Shown here: one piece after another, positions 45,384 through 55,600 of the stretch
How positions within the stretch are numbered: the first letter of the stretch is position 1
Layout: every line of letters begins with the position of its first letter
IMG/VR virus record: IMGVR_UViG_3300021197_001442
Span: 1 to 64,000 of that record
Origin: a virus
Strand: one strand, 5' to 3'
DNA length: 64,000 nucleotides
The notes under the pieces: generated by a model
Database searches by the model: none
Told to the model about the DNA's origin: nothing
Seen by the model: only the letters and a program-made list of their open reading frames with translations
Translations under genes and position numbers: made by a program

Positions 45384-48300
45384 TATTACCTCCGCCTGTT
45401 GTACCGGTCGCTGCTCTTCTCACAAAATATCCTTGCTGCTGTTCGGACGTAGCTACTGTTGTAGTAGGCACCGTTGCGGTCGGAGCCTGTACGGCTGCTT
45501 GTGGCTGAGACGACGGCTTAGGCGGATTCTGATAAGTCTGCCCAACCTCTGGCTGTACGTCCTCTGAGGGAGGGTCCTTGTCGTCTACGGGGTCCGCTGG
45601 TGGGACACGAGTGACCGGTTCGCATTCTCCAGTATCATAATTATACTTGTGACCGTCCGGGCAGGGGTCCTCAGTGATAATCTCTTGTGATGAATCATCA
45701 GGCACTTCTCGAACTATAATAGTGTCTTCGCACGGATCATCTTCTTTTAACTTTTCCTCTTCAACTTGCCCGCCTGATGAATCTACCAGCCCAATTGAGT
45801 CGTTAATTAAATCTTGTTGTTCACTATTTTCACCTTCAGTCTCGAATACATATAATACCGGGCTTGCAGACTGTGGTATGCTCATACTGTACAGGGGCTC
45901 CATTTTACTATCAAAGCCCGTCACATACTTTACAGATACAGTAGTTTGCTCCAAGACATCAACTTCTGCCTCTTGTTCGCCAGATAACGATTCGCGCTGA
46001 AGCATTTTTAAATATCTTCTCTGAAGACTATCATTTCTATCAATATCGGTACCATACGTTCTGTCCCCACGCTTCTTACCTATCAACGCATTACGTATTT
46101 CTTCTGCTTTTTCGTCTTCTATGCTTGTTTGGGTTCTATCTTCACCTGCGGCTTTGTCATTGCCTTTAATTGTAAGGTTTGTATCATCTCCAAAATAGTC
46201 AGATGCTTCTACTCTACTACCAGCTTCAGATTTATTTCTTCTTCGCGAACTAACCGTAACACCCATGTTTTTTAACAATTCGATGGAGGAGGCATCTGTA
46301 CTCGTCCCCTGTCTGCGGCGCGATAGAGCTTGAGATGTCTTTTCATAAGACCCGACATTTTGCTTTGACAAAACAATTTTATCGCCGTCAGTCTCCACAA
46401 CACTGGGGGTTAAATGTGAAAAGTATGTCTTTCGAGAACCTTTAAGTTCATCATTGACAATTTGGTTCTCTCTTTTGCCCACAACCTCAGGGAAAAACTT
46501 ATTTGCTTCGACATTAAATCGACTTACTAAAGAGTTTCTGTTTATGCGAACTAAGCTGTCCTGGCTGCGCCTTAGGGCTCCTTGTAGGTAATTCAAGCGA
46601 TATCCAGCGTTTTTAACTCGTGTCTTTCTCCAAGGCTTGTTATCAAATAGCTTTTGTGACTTTAAAATATCATCTTTTATTTTAGCGCCGCGCTTACCAG
46701 AAGTTCTTGACTTCGCTTCTGCCTGCACATTTTCATGAGGACTCAGCTGCACCATTAGAGAGTCTAGCAAAGATATAAACTTCTCTACGCCGTCTAAACT
46801 ACCAGTTGACGGATAAAGTGTCTTTTGTAATAACTTCTTATCAGACTTGCGGATTCTTGTGCCCAAGAGTGTTTCTAAAGCATCAAAGTATATTTTTGGA
46901 GCTAGTCTCCAAGGCGTATAGACTGGCCTTGGTGTGGGCCCTTTAATACGTATATCAAGGTTATATATCTTTCTTAAGTAAGAAAGGTATTCATGGCTAA
47001 ACTGCCCAGTGGCAGCGTTGAAATTTCCTGGCTGTTTGGCCTCCTCGTAATACGAAAGAATCTGCTTTCTTGCCTCACGCAAAGCTAGAATTTGTAGCTT
47101 GAGTAGCTTCTTAGTGGGGTCTGCGGCATCTATATCAACACCATAAACATAAGACCCTCCGTCAGCGTAAGACATATCATGATCGACAAACGAAAAAGAC
47201 CTCTTGCTACCCATTCCTGAAATGACTAGTTCTTTCGCTGATCCAATTTTCTTTTCTTTGACCCCATCGCCGTTGTCATCTATTATATTTATAACTGTTG
47301 GCATTCGATTTGCTTGCCTTGTCTGTGGGCTGTGTGCAACTAAGACAGTTCTGTCGGGGCTACTTTTTGTTATAATGTTTGAAACTGTAGTATCGCCCGC
47401 TTCATAATCATTTATCCTATCCCTGTAGACAGAGAATTTTTGGATGTTAGTCAGGCTCATAAGCTTTTTTAAATTTCTTTTATTCATCAGGCCGTTATAG
47501 ACAGAGTTCTCAGACAAGAACCCAACAAAATCAAATGCAAAAAACCCCTTAACGGTTCCCTGTGAGTCACCAGATAAGAAAAGGTCAGAATAATTTCTTT
47601 TCCTAGTCTTCGGGCCAGACAATTTAATATCGCCCTGCAACGATAAAAACTTATTAAAAATTCTTAGATCATTAATTTTATTTTCATGTTCAACGACTGT
47701 TAGAGTGTTGTGAGGTCTATCAGAATGTGCTTTGCCCTCCATGACTCCCCTTTCAGGATGTGCATGCACCGGGCCCTTCCACAAGCTGCCATCAGGAGAA
47801 TAATAGCTGTACGATGAAGAATCTAGCTTGCCATTATTAAAAACTTTTTGTACGTTCTTCGACCCATATAACGGTGGCACGTCAATGTATGGGAATGCTA
47901 CAAAGCCAAGATAGTTAGACTTAATATAAAAATCTTGTTGCATTTTTATCGTACAGAGCACATCGTCAAAGCCATCTATCTGCCTAGTCGCGTATTCAGA
48001 TAGACTTCTACCGTTTGGGATTGAGATAATTTTTTCTTTTAAGTGAGGTTTTATAGAGTTAGGCAAATTGAGTAAATCTGTAAAGTTGGCAGAGCTTGCC
48101 AAATCAAACGCAGCTTTGCTAGTAGCTTGAAATATTTTTATCTTCATTGCCGTTCTAGCGGGGGTGTTGAACCAAATACTGCTATTTAGCAAATCATTCA
48201 TAGATATCTTTAGAGACACTTTATAGAACTGCCCCTCTTCTCTGTCTTCTAAGGCCCCTGTACTAACCACTTGCTTATTCGTGCCATATTCATTTTTAAG

Positions 48301-48441
48301 AAATCGTGGCTCGTTTGTTGTGTTAGAAAGCATATTTTCGCGGAGTATTGCAGGAACGTGATCAACAGTTATTGATTCTATGAACACGTAAGGCAATACT
48401 TCGCCAATTAACTTTTGTCTTATTTCAGCCTCTGTGCGCAT
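45373..48441 (-). CDS. Large hypothetical virion protein, 1022 aa
   Basis: Long ORF coupled to its neighbours in the baseplate operon. Confidence 0.55.
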   Translation of the reverse strand: MRTEAEIRQKLIGEVLPYVFIESITVDHVPAILRENMLSNTTNEPRFLKNEYGTNKQVVSTGALEDREEGQFYKVSLKISMNDLLNSSIWFNTPARTAMKIKIFQATSKAAFDLASSANFTDLLNLPNSIKPHLKEKIISIPNGRSLSEYATRQIDGFDDVLCTIKMQQDFYIKSNYLGFVAFPYIDVPPLYGSKNVQKVFNNGKLDSSSYSYYSPDGSLWKGPVHAHPERGVMEGKAHSDRPHNTLTVVEHENKINDLRIFNKFLSLQGDIKLSGPKTRKRNYSDLFLSGDSQGTVKGFFAFDFVGFLSENSVYNGLMNKRNLKKLMSLTNIQKFSVYRDRINDYEAGDTTVSNIITKSSPDRTVLVAHSPQTRQANRMPTVINIIDDNGDGVKEKKIGSAKELVISGMGSKRSFSFVDHDMSYADGGSYVYGVDIDAADPTKKLLKLQILALREARKQILSYYEEAKQPGNFNAATGQFSHEYLSYLRKIYNLDIRIKGPTPRPVYTPWRLAPKIYFDALETLLGTRIRKSDKKLLQKTLYPSTGSLDGVEKFISLLDSLMVQLSPHENVQAEAKSRTSGKRGAKIKDDILKSQKLFDNKPWRKTRVKNAGYRLNYLQGALRRSQDSLVRINRNSLVSRFNVEANKFFPEVVGKRENQIVNDELKGSRKTYFSHLTPSVVETDGDKIVLSKQNVGSYEKTSQALSRRRQGTSTDASSIELLKNMGVTVSSRRRNKSEAGSRVEASDYFGDDTNLTIKGNDKAAGEDRTQTSIEDEKAEEIRNALIGKKRGDRTYGTDIDRNDSLQRRYLKMLQRESLSGEQEAEVDVLEQTTVSVKYVTGFDSKMEPLYSMSIPQSASPVLYVFETEGENSEQQDLINDSIGLVDSSGGQVEEEKLKEDDPCEDTIIVREVPDDSSQEIITEDPCPDGHKYNYDTGECEPVTRVPPADPVDDKDPPSEDVQPEVGQTYQNPPKPSSQPQAAVQAPTATVPTTTVATSEQQQGYFVRRAATGTTGGGNNAY

Positions 48442-49610
48442 TAATAAACCGTCCCAGGTCTGTCCTCACATGGGTCATCTAGATCTGGACAAGGCCTAGA
48501 TGCTGCATCTGTACTATAAATATCAACAAAAGCAATATTTTTAACGTCCTCGCACTCAAAATCAACATTAATATATCTACCAGATTTTTTGTTCTCCTCA
48601 ATAGAAGAGCATATCAGTTGTGACCCAATCTGTCCGTCGACCTTAATATCAAAGTAATATTGGACGTGATCAGGGGTTATAGGCTCCCTAGATGTAAACA
48701 CTTCACTCTCATCTAACAGGATATCGTTCTGCACTAAAGAGGGGCTTTTCCTAAATTTAAGTGGCCTAAGAACTTCCACAGTAGCTGTCTCAGCACCCGC
48801 AACACTCTCTGTTGTGGATTCAAAAACTTCAATTTCAAAGTTGTCTTTAGAGAACTCTGCATTTAATTCTTTTATTTGAGCTATCAGTATTTCTGGTTCT
48901 ATATCTAGGATTTCACCATTGTCAAACCTTACAGCCAGTTCAGTGTCGGAAATAAAACTCTCATTTGAGATCACATCAATGTTATATGTTAGAGTTACAT
49001 CAACTTGTGGAATATCTATTGTGGGCCTGTTAGCCCCAGTTGAAGTAGCGGCGGCACTTGCTATTTCTCCCCTTATCATGGACACAGACCAAGCTGGGGC
49101 CTCTACGGACAAGTTATCGCTTGTGCCTAGTGTATATTGAGGGCCGTAGAAGTCTCTTTCAAAAACATAAGAATCTTTTAGCCCTGCTAAACTGTCAGCT
49201 GTTTGTTCTATATTAAATATGGTAGCCATTGAGTAAATCCCAATGCCAGTAGGTGCGCCAGTTACTGGCTTTGAAGCTACGCCAGGTGATGACATCGATG
49301 CTCCCGCTGGTACTGGCGCTGTTAAAGAAATAGGAGCCGCTCTAACAAGTGGCTTATTGTGGAACACGTCTCTACTAGAGAAAACCACTTGGGTTTCTAG
49401 CTGGGGGGTGTCTTCTTGGATTCTAGGCTCTATTGAATTTTGTTCCCTTGCGGGAGTTTCGTTTGGCCTTCCATATTCACTTTCATATAAAATATTGTCA
49501 TCAAAAAAAGCATAATACTCTGGCTTAAAGCGACCGGACGAAAGTAGGTATTCGCCATAGGGGGTCAATACTGTGTCTAGGACTTGTTCTTTTTTATTTA
49601 AAAACTTCAT
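48441..49610 (-). CDS. Virion structural protein
   Basis: MKFLNKKEQVLDTVLTPYGEYLLSSGRFKPEYYAFFDDNILY; N-terminus resembles that of 40785..41669. Confidence 0.55.
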   Translation of the reverse strand: MKFLNKKEQVLDTVLTPYGEYLLSSGRFKPEYYAFFDDNILYESEYGRPNETPAREQNSIEPRIQEDTPQLETQVVFSSRDVFHNKPLVRAAPISLTAPVPAGASMSSPGVASKPVTGAPTGIGIYSMATIFNIEQTADSLAGLKDSYVFERDFYGPQYTLGTSDNLSVEAPAWSVSMIRGEIASAAATSTGANRPTIDIPQVDVTLTYNIDVISNESFISDTELAVRFDNGEILDIEPEILIAQIKELNAEFSKDNFEIEVFESTTESVAGAETATVEVLRPLKFRKSPSLVQNDILLDESEVFTSREPITPDHVQYYFDIKVDGQIGSQLICSSIEENKKSGRYINVDFECEDVKNIAFVDIYSTDAASRPCPDLDDPCEDRPGTVY

Positions 49611-52600
49611 GATTCTGTGTCCTTGACTAGATCAACCGATGCGTCTATCTTAACTAGTTCGACCAAAGAGAAGAAATCATACGGCCAGTTATAACTGTAA
49701 TCCAGTTCCTTAGTTCTGCCGGCTACCTCAAACTCAAACTTAAACCTCTTATCATCTAAACTATCACCGTGCTTAGAGGCTACCTTAGAGAAGTAGTTTT
49801 TAACTGCCTTCTGCTTGACCTTGAACACCATCCACTGTAATTTAGATGGCATTTCGTCCGTGCCCAGTATTTCTTGGGTTAGTAGTCGATGATTTATAGA
49901 AACTTCTTTTTGTTGTATCTTGTCGACTGATTTCGGTGGAAGGTTTTGCCATATATGAATTAAGTCATCTTTATCGAAATTATGCTCAAACTCAAAAACG
50001 TACATTGCAAAAGGCTTAACATGACTGCATGTGATAAAGTCCATTTTAGGCGGAAGAACATAATTCTGTAGCTTAGTCACCATCTGCTGTATCGAGTTTC
50101 CTTCTCCTAGGTCTCCATTTACAGCTGCTGCATAATTTTCCTCCGAGATTTCAAAAAATTGCTTCTTTAGCCCATCACCTGTAAAAGGAACTGCTATGAC
50201 CGCTTCCTTAACTGTCTTGTTCACAGCGACTTCGCCAAGCCTACGAGGTGTCTGGTCAAACCCCATTAAGTCAACAAGAGACCTAACATTTCCATTGTTA
50301 TAAAATGTATCACCTACACCTGGGTGGGAGTCTAACCAATCCTGAGGTATGTCTGTGACTTGCAAGAAGATGCCCTGCTCCGGACTTTGAGGTGGTAGGC
50401 CGAACTGATGCCACATGCCTCTTGGCACCGACTCGGAGGCATAAGTGGGGATAGTCAAGTTGTTGTTTAAGTTAACTAACGAATCTCCAAAGTTTAACAT
50501 AGGTGTTTCCCATTTAGGCTGGATAACATGCGCTATATGGTTTGCCTCTGGATCGTCACTTACGGCAAGAGCCTTTCCTGTAACCGGATCATAAGTAACT
50601 GATTTTATTCTTGCCCTGCCATCAGTTATAATAGTATCCTGTAGGTTTAGTATATTGTTTCTTAAAGTTGTAGGATTGGCTGCTGGGCCATCTGCGTAAT
50701 AGCCTGCATCGTTGCCTGGATTGTGTACACTGCCTACACGGTCAAACCTTATCTCCAAGGTACCATCTATCCCCCCCAGTATTTCAGCTAATGTATATTT
50801 CTTTGTTTCAGTAGCTGTGAATTGAACATCAAGCCAAGCTTCGCCATGATAATATGGAGGTGTTGCAACCCAGTTATAGCCACTGTAACTGTCTAGCATC
50901 TGCTGCCCATAGGTTCCATCATGGTCAGTGGCAGCTGTGATGGCGTTACGGCCCGTTACAGCATGGAAGAAGGCCGAAGGCCTGCTATACATGGTAAATG
51001 TTTCTCGTAGATCTGTTTGCAGGGGGTTGTCTTGTGGTAACTCCAAGCCAACAACATCGGCAGACGAGGAGCGTGCTATGTTCATGCTGCGATACATCTT
51101 CACACGCATATTGTAAACAGAGCCACTAATCGCGTTTCCAAACCTTGGGTCACTTTCTGGTAGAGAAGTAATTGTTGTCATGTTTCCTTGTGGGAGGAAG
51201 AACTCTGGGACCTCTCCAAAAAAGTTGTGTGCCATCATACTATACAGTGGATCACCACGGCCATTCCAAGATGCAGTTATGTTTAGTGATGCACTGGGGT
51301 GCGGGGCCATATCTACCAAGGGCACTTCGGTAAGGTATTTCTCTGGTTCGACAGCAGCTTCAAAATCAATCATTCTAAATTTACTGCCATTGACACTAGA
51401 ACTAATTGCGTAGTAAGAGCCAAGTTCTTGCACTTCATAGCTTGCTGTTAATACTGGGTATGGAACCCCTATACCAGATTTAATAGAATTGTATACAACT
51501 CCAGGGGCAAACATTGTCTCTAAGAATGGTCTTATCTTCGCATTCTCAAGAGTCGAATCTGCTCCCGTGTACTCAACAAACTTAGAGTATGATGATGAGA
51601 ACTGGGTTGCCATCTGCAAGGTTCTCTCGGCAGGATAGAATCCATTGTATGGCAAGAACTTCATTAGTGCCTTACACGTTAAGGTTATTGACTGACTTAA
51701 TGGAATACCAGCGTGCTCTTCATTGACAACATCAAAATATTTTAGGAAGTCACTGTTTGAATAGACGTTATAAAATTGCTCTTGTGAGCTATCTGTCGGG
51801 TAGTCAGAGGACACAGTTGCACCAAAAATATCAAAAGAGGCAGTGTTTTTTACATGGAAATCGCCACTGTTTGTTGATACGTAATATGGCATGTGGTCAC
51901 TGATACGAAATTCTGGAACTATGGAATAATCTTTGTTTCTTACTCTTAGCTCCTCGGCATAGTCGCTGTACGAATCATAAGCCGGGACTTGCCTGTTTGC
52001 GGAGCTTGTGACAAATACTCCGTTCTCCATGCGGCCAGCCATTTCCCCAGCTTGCCATTTGGCATTGCCGCCTCCAACACCAACGAAACCAAATATTCTA
52101 TCACCAGTTCCAGCAGCTGATCCTGCATTTGTTATGGATATACCAGAACGCGCTGTTGCAGATGATGTTGTGGCGACCCAATGCTTGAGGGCATAGAGTG
52201 CCGAAGCGGTTAGCGATGTTTTTGATGAGAAATGTCCTTGGGTGGTATTATTTTGAAGTTCTCCCGTGCTCGTGCCGGATTCTGCGTCAGCAGGTCTGAA
52301 CCGGGCGGCAATGACAGAGTTTAGACTATCCTCAGTTTCTCCACCACCAGTAGCATTAAAAAATCCATCTAGTGCCCAAACACTGTACTTGCTTTGACCA
52401 GCGAAGCTAACTTTATTGGCTCTATTAGCATTTCTAGTTGCTCTGTTAGAGTGCCAGTAGTTGATTGTATAGCCTTCTCTTTGGCGGATTCTATTATCGT
52501 ATACATTCTTTTCGGCAGGGTAGATTGTCTCTGCATAGGTAAGGCCAACAAAGTCATCATACAAATCTTTAACTTTATCATAAATCTGCTGTTCCCGGTG

Positions 52601-55600
52601 GACAGGAGCATAATTTTGATTTAGTTCTTGGCTAGAGTAATAGCTGATGTTATTGCCATAACTAGAAGCAATGTCATAATCACCAATTGTCTGTACGATT
52701 GGCTTGTACTTGGAAATAATTGGTGACTCTCTAAACTGCTTAAAACTACCATATCTTTGTGCTGGTAGGACTCTGCCCTCTGGGGTGTAGGATTGTCTAT
52801 CAGGCACAAGCACAGAAATAGTATGGCTTTCTCTAAGCGCTTGTGCAACAGGATGGTCATAACCTCTTATTTGATTCCATGTGTTATAACCATGCACATA
52901 GCCACGGTTGTAGAAAATAGCTGGGGATATGGCTTCCAATACAGTGCCTTGGTCGTTTATTCTTTGGGACGTGTTATGGTCGACTATAATATATGGGCTA
53001 TCGGTTCTACCCACATGTGCCCCTAGTGGGAAACCCAAAGTTTGTGCTGATGCTGAGACTGGGTCTCGAACAACCAAGCTTAACCTAGACGGTGAAATAT
53101 TTATTTCCTCGCCCAAGCTTGTATAGTGACTCTCAGAGTTAAAAGCAATTGCGTTTGTATAACCGGCAGAGGTGGAAACCTCAAAGTCTCTTGGCGCGTA
53201 ACCAAGCATGGTTCTGCCGCTAGCACGAGTGCCACCAACAGGAGTTGACTCATACGATGAAGTAAGCCAAGCATACTGCAAGTCACTCTGCGGGATAGGG
53301 TGAGTTATAAAAGCATTGTCGCTAACAGACGCAGTAGCAACAGTGCCTGCATCATCGGTAAAAGCATTACTGTACTTTATCTGGTTAAGTGTGTTTCTGT
53401 TCACCTTGTGGAAGTTAGCAACGCCAGAGTAATCAGCGGACGTGGCTGTGACGCCTGGCCTGAACCCAAACTGCGAGGTTGAGGCTGACAGTAGGGTTCT
53501 AAGTGGTGCCCTGACTAATAGATTCCTAAAAGGTAGTGCGTTGTACACACTAAACTGTGACGTGGCTACGTCTAAACTACCGTGAGAAGTATCAGGCCCG
53601 CCAGGTGACGAGAACCTTGTTATCATCATGTGGTTAGAGCTTGAGGGATGCAATATTTCTCTATCTGCAATCCCGTCTACATGGATAGAGGTTATATTTG
53701 TAACTGCGACGCCTTCGTTAGCAACAAACTGACTGTCTCCACCAACCTTGCCAGCAACCTGCACAACTTCTCTAATTTTTGTGTAGTTGCCTAGTGTCTC
53801 ACTACCAGTGGTTATCTGTAGGTTTTCAATGTTGACTGGTCTTTTGACTTTTACATTTCTCGTGAAGACAGAGTATGGCCTTGTTGCACGAGGCCAAAGA
53901 CCGTCATTCATACTCTGAAATCTAATACCTGTTGCAACTTGCCCAGCATAAAAACTCTCTGCTCTAGTTGAAGCGTCGTCAGTACCGTCTGAGACACTCT
54001 GGTGTCTTGACAAGAAGCCCCCTACAAACTTTTCAGTGAATGGGGTCTGCATCGGGATTTCCCCGCCTAAATGGTAAGACTCAAATGAGTGTATGTTGAC
54101 AGCCTGGAAATCTGTAAAGGTAGTGTTGTAGCCAGTATCTAGACCACCACTTAAATATCTGACAGGATGATAATTTTGTGGGCTCACTTCACTAAATGGG
54201 GGCGCTGAGTCTGAGTAAGTGAAGTATTTTTTGTGCATGGGGTGAATAACATCGTTTATGTCCCTGATGGAGTCGCTGTCTCTGGTCAGGGTAGAAACCT
54301 GTGATCCGTAATTCTCTGTGTACGAGTCCATGAAAGCACCAGGCCTGGTCATTGGAGGAAGGTTAACACCACCATGAATAGCTCTACGTCCTGTGCCAAA
54401 TCTTGAAGTCTTGTCCTCACGATTGGACTCGAATGTTATTTTGACTGGTGTTGACTTTCTACGTTCTCTGCCAAATCTCTTAGATGCTATAATAGCTGCT
54501 CTGGTTTCATTTACACCTGCATCACTGGAGGAAAGAACTGGGTTAGTGGCGTCCGCATAACTCCAAAAGATAGTGTTATCGGCTTGGTCGTTTGAAACTG
54601 GAGCCTGGATGTGCCTGTAGTTTGGTATTTCTTCTGGGATAAACTCATGGGCACCAGCCACACCACCAGCTAAAGCCAGGTCTGTCCCCAGTCTACCAGT
54701 CTTTAGATCAACGGTAGGAAATTTATTTTCGTATTTAGCTCTCTCAAGAACATGGCTCTCCACCATTGTTCTGATATCATCAGATGTATTAGCTGACGCT
54801 GGAATCAACTGGCCTAGAATGATTGATAATGATGAGTCTATCCATCTGTAGAAATCAACATACTTGTCAAGATCTGGCGTGTTTTCAATATTCTCAAAAA
54901 ACAAGCTTCTTAACTTATTTAAATCTTTGTACTCTTGGCGATATTTATTGACTGGCTCGCCAATAAGATTGTTAAAGCCAACAATTGTTGAAAACATGTT
55001 TAGCATTTCTTCAGATATTGTCTGGTACATGCTCTTTTCAATTGCGAAGAAATGATTAATTGTCCTACTATCCCTTGTGAAAGTCTCATCATCAAAGTCT
55101 AATATTTTCGTCATATCGTCGCTAGTTATGACCTCTGGTGGCGACTGAACCGCTGTCTGGACATATTCAACAGAAACTGAGTCGGTTGAACTAGCCGGGA
55201 AGAAAAAGCCCCTTCCTGTGTACTGGTTGCCTACTGAATGTCCAAAATCTCCTGGGTACCTGTCTCTCTTCGCTATTGAGCCAGACGAAAAGTCATTTAC
55301 TAAGAATTCTCCGTTAGCGTCTGATGTTAATATGTCGTCTAAATTCCAGTGTAGAGCAAGTGTTTCCTTTCTTGGTACAATATTATCATCTAAGTCTGTA
55401 TCGTATAAGAAAGCACTTTCGTGCGGCCTAAGCAGGCCATAAGAATTAGTATTTTTAGCATGTGCGGTAACCTCTTCATTCTCTAAGAACGTATTCCAGT
55501 GACGCAAGGAAGTAGCCTTTACATCAGACTTTGTGACAGTAGAGCCGGTGAAGTTAGCCCTGTTAGCTCCTATATAATACCTTCTTGGGTTTGATATATA

